DNA of 64,000 nt. Source: an uncultured Porphyromonas sp. (GTDB lineage Bacteria; Bacteroidota; Bacteroidia; Bacteroidales; Porphyromonadaceae). Under the pieces are notes generated by a model. It searched no databases. It had not been told where the DNA came from and was given only the letters and a program-made list of their open reading frames with translations. Below are positions 9,512 through 18,332 of the stretch, one piece after another; position 1 is the stretch's first letter; the number at the start of each line of letters is the position of its first letter. A program made the translations under genes and the position numbers. The stretch lies in the NCBI GenBank assembly GCA_905372565.1, contig CAJPPK010000007.1, positions 11,997 through 75,996 of the forward strand, in the 5' to 3' direction.

Positions 9512-12085
9512 ATGATCATAACCAAGCGTGCTAATGAGCCCGTATGGACTAGCATCTACGCCTATGCTCAGCTCCCCGAAGAGCTCCGTCGCTTAGACGA
9601 ACTATCGCACAATCTCTGGTGGGTATGGAGCCCTAAGGCGCAAGCCCTCTTCCGTCGTCTCTCCCCCGAGCTGTGGGAGGCTACCGAAGGTAATCCTGTC
9701 GCTCTGACACGCCAGCTCTCTAGCGAAGAAATCTCCGCCCTCGTAGCCGATAAGAGCTTCATGAAGGAGCTCGACGAAGTATATGCCGACTTCCGTGCCT
9801 ATATGGACGAGTCTGCGGACAGCGTCCGCCCCTCGGTCGCCTACTTCAGTATGGAGTATGGACTGTCTAACGTCCTGAAGATCTACTCTGGTGGTCTCGG
9901 GGTCTTGGCTGGGGACTATCTCAAGGAGGCCAGTGACAGCAATGTCCGTCTCTCGGCTGTCGGCTTCCTCTATCGCTATGGTTACTTCACCCAGACGCTC
10001 TCCGCCGAGGGACAGCAGCAGGCTACCTACGAAGCCCAGGACTTCTCTCAGCTCCCTCTCGAGCAGCTCTTCGAGGAAGATGGGTATACCCCTATGGTGC
10101 TGGAGGTGCCCTATGCGACCCATACGGTCTACTGTCATGTCTGGAAGGTCAACGTTGGGCGCATTAACCTTTACCTCCTCGACACCGACATCCCGCAGAA
10201 CAGCGAGTGGGACCGCTCCATTACCCACCAGCTCTATGGTGGTGACTGGGAGAACCGTATGAAGCAGGAGTACCTCCTCGGTATCGGTGGTGTACTTCTC
10301 CTTAAGCGACTCGGCATTCAGAAGGACGTCTACCACATGAACGAGGGGCATGCCGCCTTCATGAATGCACAGCGTCTGGTCGATTACGTAGAGGCTGGCT
10401 CACCCTTCGACGAAGCTCTCGAGCTCGTACGTGCCTCGTCGATCTACACGGTGCACACCCCTGTACCTGCAGGGCATGACTATTTCGATGAGGAGCTCCT
10501 AGGTAAGTACCTCGGGCACTTCCCCTCTCGCCTCGGGATCTCTTGGCATGACTTCGTCAGCCTAGGACGTGAGAATCCGGAGAGCCAAGAGAAGTTCTCG
10601 ATGAGCGTCTTCGCTCTGAACACTTGCCAGGAGGCTAACGGCGTGAGTCTCCTACATGGCAAGGTCTCACAGGAGATGTTTGCTCCCGTTTGGAAGGGCT
10701 TCTTCCCCGAAGAGCTCCACGTAGGCTACGTAACCAATGGGGTTCACCTACCGACATGGGCTTCCCCAGCCTGGCAGGAGTTCTACCTCAAGCACCTCGG
10801 CAAGGGCTTTATCAAGAACCAGACGTCCGAGGATACGTGGGCGAAGATCCAGTCCGTACCCAACGAAAAGATCTGGGAGACGCACCAGCAGATTAAGCTT
10901 CATCTGATCGAGCACATCCGCTCCTTCTACGGAGAGAAGTGGATCAAGAGTAGTGGTGATCCCGAAACGACCGTATCGGTACTCGATGGGATCAACCCAA
11001 ATGCTCTTTTGATCGGCTTCGGTCGTCGTTTCGCTACCTACAAGCGCGCCCATCTCCTCTTTACCGACCTCGAGCGTCTGGAGCGCATCGTCAATAATCC
11101 GAAGTACCCCGTACAGTTCCTCTTTACAGGGAAGGCGCATCCTGCCGACGGGGGCGGTCAAGGCCTCATCAAGTATATCCTCGAGATCAGCCGTCGTCCT
11201 GAGTTCCTCGGTAAGATCATCTTCCTGGAGAACTACGATATGCGTCTGGCGAGCAAGCTCATCGCTGGCGTTGACATCTGGATGAATACCCCTACCCGTC
11301 CGCTAGAGGCGTCTGGTACCTCGGGAGAGAAGGCCGAAATGAACGGCGTGCTTAACCTCTCCGTCCTCGACGGCTGGTGGTACGAAGGCTATCGTAAGGG
11401 CGCCGGCTGGGCATTGACGGACAAACGTACCTTTACCGACCAGGGACTTCAGGACAAGCTCGATGCTACGACCATCTATGATATGCTTGAGAAGGAGATC
11501 ATCCCGCTCTACTTCGACCGTGGGGATAAGCCTTTCTCGGACGCTTGGGTACAGACGATGAAGAATTCAATGAACTTCATCGCACCACACTACACCATGC
11601 GCCGCATGATGGACGACTACTTCGCACGCTTCTACAGTAAGCTCGCTGAGCGCTCGGCACACCTCCACGCTGACGGACATCGGGTGGCGCGTGAGCTAGT
11701 CGAGTGGAAGCGTAGCACAGCGGAGCGCTGGGATGACCTGCGCATCCTATCTGTCGAGGATACGGCACAGACCAACGCCTTCGCTACCGACCGTCATACC
11801 GGTACGGAAGAGACGATCCGCCTGACGCTCGATCGTGGCGCTCTGGCCTGCGACCTCGCCGTAGAACTTGTAGATACGCAGGAAGGCGAAGGGGGCAAGC
11901 TACGTCTCGTTGGCAAGGCCCCGCTGAAGCTCGTCAGCAAGGAGGGCTCTCAGGAGACCTACGAGCTACGCTTCACGCAGTCTCGCCCAGGTCACTACAA
12001 GCGTGCCCTACGCATCCTCCCCACACACCCTGAGCTTCCTCACCGTATGGACTTCGCCCTCGTCCGCTGGGTAGCCCTACAGTAA
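9512..12085 (+). CDS. glgP: Alpha-glucan (glycogen/maltodextrin) phosphorylase, GT35 family
   Basis: About 857 aa with the PLP-lysine region EASGTSGEKAEMNGVLNLSVLDGWW. The start was moved to the ATG at 9512, downstream of the promoter box. Confidence 0.9.
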   Translation: MIITKRANEPVWTSIYAYAQLPEELRRLDELSHNLWWVWSPKAQALFRRLSPELWEATEGNPVALTRQLSSEEISALVADKSFMKELDEVYADFRAYMDESADSVRPSVAYFSMEYGLSNVLKIYSGGLGVLAGDYLKEASDSNVRLSAVGFLYRYGYFTQTLSAEGQQQATYEAQDFSQLPLEQLFEEDGYTPMVLEVPYATHTVYCHVWKVNVGRINLYLLDTDIPQNSEWDRSITHQLYGGDWENRMKQEYLLGIGGVLLLKRLGIQKDVYHMNEGHAAFMNAQRLVDYVEAGSPFDEALELVRASSIYTVHTPVPAGHDYFDEELLGKYLGHFPSRLGISWHDFVSLGRENPESQEKFSMSVFALNTCQEANGVSLLHGKVSQEMFAPVWKGFFPEELHVGYVTNGVHLPTWASPAWQEFYLKHLGKGFIKNQTSEDTWAKIQSVPNEKIWETHQQIKLHLIEHIRSFYGEKWIKSSGDPETTVSVLDGINPNALLIGFGRRFATYKRAHLLFTDLERLERIVNNPKYPVQFLFTGKAHPADGGGQGLIKYILEISRRPEFLGKIIFLENYDMRLASKLIAGVDIWMNTPTRPLEASGTSGEKAEMNGVLNLSVLDGWWYEGYRKGAGWALTDKRTFTDQGLQDKLDATTIYDMLEKEIIPLYFDRGDKPFSDAWVQTMKNSMNFIAPHYTMRRMMDDYFARFYSKLAERSAHLHADGHRVARELVEWKRSTAERWDDLRILSVEDTAQTNAFATDRHTGTEETIRLTLDRGALACDLAVELVDTQEGEGGKLRLVGKAPLKLVSKEGSQETYELRFTQSRPGHYKRALRILPTHPELPHRMDFALVRWVALQ

Positions 12086-12202
12086 GTGCTGCTCCCCTAC
12101 TCCCTTTGCGGATCTTTCGGTCTGCTTCTTCTAGCGCAGCTAGCTCTCACGTGGGGGCTGGCTACGCTAGAATTCAACATGGTAAGTATTAAGAATAAGC
12201 TG

Positions 12203-12780
12203 ATGAAAAGATTCTTTCTCGCCACAGGGCTTATCGCACTGCTGGCAACAAGCGGACTGCAGGCACAAGACTCTCGCGGACGCCTCGGGATCATCCTAGG
12301 GGGTGACAACGGGATAACCTATGACTATGCCCTCGGAAGCCACTTCGAAGTGGGTACAAAGGCTACTCTACGTCTCGGTGTGGGCTATAATGAAAGCACG
12401 AAGAGCATGCAGTTTGATGGTCTTATCCCAACACTAGAGGTCGCACCACGCTACTATTTCTCCCGTCGTAATGTAGGAGAAGTCTTCCATCGAGGTCTCT
12501 ATCTTTCCCTTCGCCTGAGTGCTGAAGTAGATCAGTGGACGCTCTTCCCAAGTCGCGACATACGCGAGAGCCCCCGTAATATCTCTATGCCCTAACTATG
12601 GCGGCGCCGACGATCGGGTGGAGTCTCCCCGTGGGTGAGACGAGTGCCTTCCGCTTCGGTGCAGGGATAGGCTTCTACCGGCAGAAGTACCGCGAAGCAG
12701 GTGTATCTGAATGGCGTAGCAATACCAGTCAAGCAGAGATACCCATTTACCTGGAGCTGACCTACACGCACGCACTCTAG
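12203..12780 (+). pseudogene. Frameshifted paralog of the small OM beta-barrel-like protein encoded at 21498-22073
   Basis: ORFs 12086-12595 and 12598-12780 align end to end with the intact 21498-22073 protein once a 1-nt deletion near 12578-12582 is restored (..FPSRDIRESPR(N/K)|YLYALTMAAPTIGWSLPVGE vs ..FPSRAIRESDRKYQYTLAFVPTFGWSIPVGE). The signal peptide MKRFFLATGLIALLATSGLQAQ starts at 12203. Confidence 0.7.
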
Positions 12781-12849
12781 CCTGAGCTCCTATCTCTCAT
12801 CCCATCCCCCTGCCTGCACGTTGCTAGGCGGGGGGTGGTCGCTTTTAAG

Positions 12850-12857
12850 TATCTTTG
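12850..12857 (+). promoter_or_regulatory. -7 promoter box TATCTTTG upstream of the thioesterase gene
   Basis: Exact TAnnTTTG match 34 nt upstream of the ATG at 12891. Confidence 0.5.
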
Positions 12858-12890
12858 TTTTCCGTTCAAAACGAGACAAAACGAGAGATA

Positions 12891-13295
12891 ATGAGTACGA
12901 AACCCTACCTTTTCAGCCTTGACCTTAAGGTGCGTGACTATGAATGCGATCTCCAAGGCGTAGTTAACAACGCCAATTACCAGCATTACATGGAGCATAC
13001 CCGTCATGAGTTCCTCGAAAGTCTAGGGGTCAACTTCGGGAAGATGCACGAAGATGGCCTAGACGCCTTCGTTACCAAGGTCTCCATTAGCTATAAGAAG
13101 AGCCTACGTAGTGGGGATTTCTTCCGCTCGGCACTACGCTGCGAGATGCACCCTCCGAAGCTCGTCTTCTATCAAGATATCTTGCATACCGATGGGACGA
13201 TGGCTGCCCATGGCGAAGTCGAGTGTGTCGTCGTGCAAGACGGACGTTTGACCCGTGGCGAGTTCTTCGCCAATCTGCTGAAGGACGTCCTTTAG
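12891..13295 (+). CDS. Acyl-CoA thioesterase, 4HBT/YbgC hotdog family
   Basis: About 134 aa with the N-terminal hotdog signature (VRDYECDLQGVVNNANYQHYMEH). Confidence 0.8.
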   Translation: MSTKPYLFSLDLKVRDYECDLQGVVNNANYQHYMEHTRHEFLESLGVNFGKMHEDGLDAFVTKVSISYKKSLRSGDFFRSALRCEMHPPKLVFYQDILHTDGTMAAHGEVECVVVQDGRLTRGEFFANLLKDVL

Positions 13296-13337
13296 TCCTT
13301 CTCCCTACCCTCTTTGCTCTCCCTTTCCCCTATCCCC

Positions 13338-15995
13338 ATGGCCAAGAAAATAGCTGAGACCCCCCTGATGAAGCAATATCTGGAGCTTAAAGGCAAGCAC
13401 CCTGATGCCTTGCTCCTCTTCCGTGTGGGGGACTTCTATGAGACGTTCAGCGATGATGCCATTATCGCTTCCGAGATTTTGGGGATCACGCTGACGCGTA
13501 GGGCTAACGGTGCGGCGATGCACATCGAGCTTGCCGGCTTCCCTCATCATGCTTTGGATGCCTATCTGCCTAAGCTCGTACGAGCAGGCAAGCGTGTCGC
13601 TATCTGCGACCAGCTAGAGGATCCGAAGCTAACGAAGAAGCTCGTCAAGCGAGGGATCACCGAGCTCGTCACCCCAGGCGTAGTCCTCGGGGACAATGTG
13701 CTAGAGAGTAAGGAGAATAACTACCTAGCTGCCGTCTGGCTTGACCCGACGGGGGAGCGAGGGAGCATTGCCTTCCTCGACATCTCTACGGGGGATTTTG
13801 TCGTCTCCGAGGGAGCAATAGCGCACTTAGATAAGCTCCTGACGACCTATCAGCCTAAGGAAGTACTGGTAGAGCGCTCGACCAAGGGACGCTTCGATCG
13901 GTGTTTCTCCTTCCGAGGCTTCCTCTTTGAGGTCGAGGACTGGAGCTTTGCCGTGGAGAATAACCGACGCAAGCTCCTCACGCACTTTGGCCTACAGAGC
14001 CTCAAAGGGCTAGGTCTGGAGAATAAGACTGCTTCGATCGCTGCCGCAGGGGCAATCCTTAACTATCTGGAGCTAACGAGTCACCATGAGCTGGGGCATA
14101 TCACCACGCTCAGAAGCATTGACCGCCTCGACTACATGCGCCTCGATAGCTTCACTTTCCGTAGCCTAGAGATCCTCTATCCGATGCACCGAGAGGAGGG
14201 GAAGAGCCTCCTTGACGTCCTGGACAAGACGGAGACGGCTATGGGAGGGCGTCTCTTGAGGCGATGGCTCTCCTTCCCTTTGCTTGACCTTGATGCGATC
14301 CATCGGCGCCAAGGGATCGTCGGAACGCTGGTCAAGGAGCATGAGCTTCGTCGCACATTTGGGGAGCTCCTTCGTGGTATCGGTGACTTAGAGCGACTGA
14401 GCTCCAAGGTCGCAGTCGGGCGTATCTCTCCTCGGGAGATGCGTCAGCTAGCTCTCTCCCTCCGTCAAGCAGAGATGTTGGTCGGGCTAACCGCTGGGGC
14501 TACCGTCCCAGAGCTAGCGAGCTATGCCACGAACTACACCTCCTGCACCGAGATCGTCGAGGAGCTGGAGCATACCCTGACAGAGGAGCCTCCTGCCGTC
14601 CTTGGGCGAGGACAGACCATTGCCACGGGGATAGATGCTGAATTGGATGACCTTCGTCGACTCTCTTCTCATGGTAAGGAGTATCTACTGGAGCTTCAGC
14701 GACGAGAGAGCGAGCGTACGGGGATCACTTCCCTCAAGGTCGCCTTTAATAATGTCTTCGGTTACTACGTCGAGGTGCGCTCTGCTCATAAGGATAAGGT
14801 CCCCGAGGACTGGACACGTAAGCAAACCCTTGTCAATGCCGAGCGCTACATCTTCCCCGAGCTAAAGGAGTATGAGGAGAAGATCCTAGGGGCAGAGGAG
14901 CGCATCGCTTCCCTAGAGCAGAAGCTCTATACTGCCCTAGTGCTACGTCTAGCACGCTATATCCCGACCTTACAGCAGAATGCCCGCCTCGTAGCGGAGC
15001 TAGACTGTCTCACTTCGCTAGCTAGTGTGGCTGTCGAGCAGCGCTATGTCTGTCCGGTGGTAGACGATGGAGACCGCTTGGATATTCGTCAGGGGCGCCA
15101 CCCTGTCATCGAGCTTCAGCTACCCTTCGGACAGAGCTATGTCCCCAATGACGTTCGTTTAGATACGGAGGAAACCCAAGTGATGGTCATCACCGGGCCT
15201 AACATGAGTGGTAAGTCTGCTCTCCTTCGACAGACTGCGCTGATCACCTTGTTGGCACAGATCGGCTCCTTCGTACCTGCAGAGGCAGCACATGTAGGGC
15301 TGGTAGATGGGATCTTCACCCGAGTCGGCGCTTCGGACAATATCTCTCGAGGGGAATCCACCTTCATGGTCGAGATGCAGGAGGCCTCAAGTATCCTCAA
15401 TGCTATCACGCCGAAGTCACTCATCCTCTTCGATGAACTCGGGCGTGGTACCAGTACGTATGACGGGATTTCGATCGCTTGGGCGATCATCGAGTATCTC
15501 CATGATAATCCCCATGGGAGACCTAAGACCCTCTTCGCGACACACTATCATGAGCTGAATGATCTGGAGAGTCGCCTCGCTCGCGTCAAGAACTTCAATG
15601 TCTCGGCACGAGAGATCGACGGGAAGATGCTCTTCCTCCGTAAGCTCGTCCCTGGGGGGAGTGAGCATAGCTTCGGGATCCAAGTGGCACGTCTTGGGGG
15701 GATGCCTGCAAGCATTACTGCACGTGCCAGCGAGATCCTCTCCCAGCTGGAGGAAGCGCATATCCACGAGGAGACGGGGCTAGGGAAGGAGGTCAAGGTC
15801 AGCCGAGCTACCTCGAATGAGGCTCTCCCTACGGAGAAGATTACGGGAGGGGTACAGATGAGCTTCTTCCAGCTCGATGACCCTGTCCTCTCAGACATTC
15901 GGGAGCGCCTACTGAAGGTGGATATCAACGCCCTCACTCCTCTAGAGGCGCTCAATAAGCTCAGCGAGATCCAGCGTCTCCTGCAGACCAGCTAG
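13338..15995 (+). CDS. mutS: DNA mismatch repair protein MutS
   Basis: N-terminal TPLMKQYLELKGKHPDALLLFRVGDFYE, Walker A GPNMSGKSALLRQ, and Walker B region LILFDELGRGTSTYDG. The ATG at 13338 is preferred. Confidence 0.95.
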   Translation: MAKKIAETPLMKQYLELKGKHPDALLLFRVGDFYETFSDDAIIASEILGITLTRRANGAAMHIELAGFPHHALDAYLPKLVRAGKRVAICDQLEDPKLTKKLVKRGITELVTPGVVLGDNVLESKENNYLAAVWLDPTGERGSIAFLDISTGDFVVSEGAIAHLDKLLTTYQPKEVLVERSTKGRFDRCFSFRGFLFEVEDWSFAVENNRRKLLTHFGLQSLKGLGLENKTASIAAAGAILNYLELTSHHELGHITTLRSIDRLDYMRLDSFTFRSLEILYPMHREEGKSLLDVLDKTETAMGGRLLRRWLSFPLLDLDAIHRRQGIVGTLVKEHELRRTFGELLRGIGDLERLSSKVAVGRISPREMRQLALSLRQAEMLVGLTAGATVPELASYATNYTSCTEIVEELEHTLTEEPPAVLGRGQTIATGIDAELDDLRRLSSHGKEYLLELQRRESERTGITSLKVAFNNVFGYYVEVRSAHKDKVPEDWTRKQTLVNAERYIFPELKEYEEKILGAEERIASLEQKLYTALVLRLARYIPTLQQNARLVAELDCLTSLASVAVEQRYVCPVVDDGDRLDIRQGRHPVIELQLPFGQSYVPNDVRLDTEETQVMVITGPNMSGKSALLRQTALITLLAQIGSFVPAEAAHVGLVDGIFTRVGASDNISRGESTFMVEMQEASSILNAITPKSLILFDELGRGTSTYDGISIAWAIIEYLHDNPHGRPKTLFATHYHELNDLESRLARVKNFNVSAREIDGKMLFLRKLVPGGSEHSFGIQVARLGGMPASITARASEILSQLEEAHIHEETGLGKEVKVSRATSNEALPTEKITGGVQMSFFQLDDPVLSDIRERLLKVDINALTPLEALNKLSEIQRLLQTS

Positions 15996-16023
15996 ACGTT
16001 ATCCCATCTCGACCCATCTTTAC

Positions 16024-16069
16024 AGCGGTCTAGTCCGTGTCATCAGGCACCGACTAGACCGCTTTCTTT
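16024..16069 (+). terminator. Rho-independent terminator after mutS
   Basis: 12-bp stem AGCGGTCTAGTC / GACTAGACCGCT followed by TTCTTTG. Confidence 0.7.
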
Positions 16070-16111
16070 GTGAGCCATGGGTGAAGTTTCGCCGAAGGGG
16101 AGATACAAAGG

Positions 16112-16205
16112 AGCATCAGTATTAACACAAAAGGGGCATCAGTAGTGCCTCTCCTGGGGTAATACTGTTGCCTCTGGAGAGGCACTACTGTTGCCTACTA
16201 GTTGG
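16112..16205 (-). repeat. Family-1 intergenic element, copy L2 (inverted relative to L1)
   Basis: Units at 16112, 16135, 16158 and 16181, exactly 23 bp apart, ending in TACTAGTTGG (reverse complement of the CCAACTAGTA that opens L1 and L3). The reverse complement aligns with L1 over about 95 bp. Confidence 0.85.
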
Positions 16206-16403
16206 ATTTTCGCTCCCCTCTCTCGAGGTCGCTCTGAGGAGGGGAGCGGAGGGGAAAGTATCCTGCTTGATCCTATGCTTTGGCTGTCGAATGAACTCCA
16301 GATTGACTTCCAGAAAGGAGGTGCTACCTGCCATGGAGAGATTTACAGGCTTAGACATTTTGTACAAAGATTTTAAGGAGCATGTATTGTAAGAGAGAAT
16401 ACA

Positions 16404-16411
16404 TACCTTTG
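16404..16411 (+). promoter_or_regulatory. -7 promoter box TACCTTTG upstream of hslR
   Basis: Exact TAnnTTTG match 20 nt upstream of the ATG at 16431. Confidence 0.5.
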
Positions 16412-16430
16412 TAGCACAATATTGTCGGAT

Positions 16431-16850
16431 ATGAACGAGGTACGTGTCGATAAATGGCTCTGGGCCGTCCGCATCTTCAAGACCCGAACGCTGGCTGCAG
16501 AAGCCTGTAAGAAAGGTCGGGTAAGTGTCGGCGGTACAGCCATCAAAGCCTCTCGTATGCTCCAGCGTGGCGATGTGGTTTCTGTGCGCAAGCCCCCGAT
16601 AGAGTACTCCTTTCTCGTGAAGGAGCTGCTGGGGAATCGTGTGGGGGCTAAGCTCGTACCAGAGTATATGGAGAATGTGACACCCCGCTCCCAGTATGAG
16701 CTACTGGAGATGCAGCGTATCTCGGGATTTGTCGATCGTGCTAAGGGACTTGGTCGCCCAACGAAGAAGGACCGCCGAGACCTGGACCAGTTCGCAGAAG
16801 ATCTGCCCACCGATATGGAGGTCTTCGACTGGGAGGAGGAGTGGGATTAG
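16431..16850 (+). CDS. hslR: Ribosome-associated heat shock protein Hsp15 (S4 RNA-binding domain)
   Basis: S4-domain signature VRVDKWLWAVRIFKTRTLAAEACKKGRVSV with an acidic C-terminal tail. Confidence 0.85.
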   Translation: MNEVRVDKWLWAVRIFKTRTLAAEACKKGRVSVGGTAIKASRMLQRGDVVSVRKPPIEYSFLVKELLGNRVGAKLVPEYMENVTPRSQYELLEMQRISGFVDRAKGLGRPTKKDRRDLDQFAEDLPTDMEVFDWEEEWD

Positions 16851-16923
16851 ACCGAACTTCCCCCTTGCACTTTTACTACTGAGACCTACCAAGCGAAGTA
16901 TATAACGATAAACGAGCTATAGT

Positions 16924-17190
16924 ATGAGAATTAAAGACCAGATATCTCTCCGTAAGATCGCTGACGAGTATATTATGATTGTCGGATCAGGAGACAGCCT
17001 GGACTATACCCAGGCGGTAAGCCTCAATGACAGTGCTGCCTATCTCATCGAGCAAGTACAGGGGCGTGACTTCACGGCTCAGGACTGGGTCGAGCTCCTG
17101 ACCGAGCGCTACGAGGTCGATCTAGAGCAGGCGGCAGCAGACGTTGAACAGCTTATCCAAATGCTTATTCAGGCAGAGATCGTCGTTTGA
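16924..17190 (+). CDS. PqqD-family (RRE-like) small protein
   Basis: 88 aa. The pattern is typical of PF05402-type peptide chaperones (..IADEYIMI.....LNDSAAYLIEQVQG.DFTAQDWVELLTERYEVD.EQAAADVEQLI). It is the first gene of a translationally coupled trio. Confidence 0.7.
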   Translation: MRIKDQISLRKIADEYIMIVGSGDSLDYTQAVSLNDSAAYLIEQVQGRDFTAQDWVELLTERYEVDLEQAAADVEQLIQMLIQAEIVV

Positions 17191-18332
17191 AAGCTCCTGT
17201 AACTACTTTGCCTCGTGCGGAGGCACTCTTTCTTACTCTCCTTCGTTCAGCGCTGCATGCTACGGAGCTAGATCCCGAGCCTTTCATTGGACTAGAAGAT
17301 GGAATCTGGCGTCGGGTACACCGACTTGCTACCCAGCATGCTGTCTCGGCCTTCGTGGGAGATCGGGTGCTTACGCTTCCCAAGGAGGCCCTCCCGAATC
17401 GCGATATGCGCTTGATGATCTTCTCGGAGGTCGAGCTCACCAAGCGTGCTAATACCTACTTGGCTAAAGCGCTCAGAGAGCTGACGGAGCTATACCAGCG
17501 AAATGGGCTGGACTTCCTCCTGCTCAAGGGACTTGCTGTCAGTAAATACTACCCCACACCCCTACTACGTGCGGGAGGGGATCTAGATATTCTCTTCTTC
17601 ACAGACGAAGCGTACGAGGAGGCCAATAATCTCCTACTCTATGCAGGCTATCACCTGCATGATGACTCCGAGGTGCGCTATGGACACACGGCATTCACCT
17701 ATGGACGTACGATCGTCGAGAACCATGCTCGTGCGGTCTTCTTTGACCACAAACGTCACAATGTAGCCTTTGAGAGGGTCTTACAGGACGCACTACAGAA
17801 GGGTGAGCTAGAGCACCTGACGATCGATGGCTTGGAGATGAAGACCCTGCCCCATGAGCTGAATGTCGTCTATATCTTTATCCACCTCTTCTTCCATTGG
17901 CTTCATTGGGGGGTCGGCTTCCGGCAGTACTGCGATTGGCTTCTGATGATGACTCGTCTGAAGGGAAGTCTTGATCTGGCAAAAGTCAAGCAACTGATCC
18001 AAGAGCTAGAGATCCTCTATCCTATGCAGCTTTTCGCCGAGGTCGCTATACGTTACCTTGATGTAGCTCCAGAGATCTTCCCCTTCCCGCTACTGGAGAA
18101 GGAGGATCCGAATACTGATCGCCTGCTCTGGGATGTTCTGCAGAGTGGTAACTTTGGATTCGCTCAGCGTCCAGCACCCAGTAAGAGTCGCTGGGTGACG
18201 AACTGGCGGAAGTTCTGGTTTAAGTACAAGCGTACTCGTCGTCTCTATCGTATCTCTCCGGTACATACCTCCCGTATCCTCTGGGGTTCGGTCTTGGGGC
18301 ATCTCCAGCTCCTCTTACGTCCACGACGATGA
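17187..18332 (+). CDS. Uncharacterised nucleotidyltransferase family protein (NTP_transf_5-like)
   Basis: 381 aa. The start overlaps the PqqD stop (TTGA) and its stop overlaps the ABC start (ATGA). The central GGDLDILF motif is consistent with a pol-beta-fold nucleotidyltransferase. The family assignment is from recollection of PF14907-type proteins that neighbour PqqD genes. Confidence 0.6.
   Translation: MKAPVTTLPRAEALFLTLLRSALHATELDPEPFIGLEDGIWRRVHRLATQHAVSAFVGDRVLTLPKEALPNRDMRLMIFSEVELTKRANTYLAKALRELTELYQRNGLDFLLLKGLAVSKYYPTPLLRAGGDLDILFFTDEAYEEANNLLLYAGYHLHDDSEVRYGHTAFTYGRTIVENHARAVFFDHKRHNVAFERVLQDALQKGELEHLTIDGLEMKTLPHELNVVYIFIHLFFHWLHWGVGFRQYCDWLLMMTRLKGSLDLAKVKQLIQELEILYPMQLFAEVAIRYLDVAPEIFPFPLLEKEDPNTDRLLWDVLQSGNFGFAQRPAPSKSRWVTNWRKFWFKYKRTRRLYRISPVHTSRILWGSVLGHLQLLLRPRR

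Noticed and set aside
9602-10351. 249-aa ORF on the - strand inside glgP. Similar long antisense ORFs occur at 5031-5432, 10748-11161, 15548-15955 and 22679-23110.
   Set aside because: Each is fully embedded antisense to a strongly supported conserved gene. Their compositions are odd, they have no motifs, and such shadow ORFs are the expected by-product of GC-rich third-codon positions.
12086-12202. N-terminal extensions in the ORF track (12086, 4267, 9458, 12855, 13314, 16422, 39925, 48556, 58381, 58683, 58999, 60570).
   Set aside because: In each case there is an internal ATG that restores a canonical N-terminus or signal peptide, and/or a TAnnTTTG box lies inside the extension. The starts were moved accordingly.
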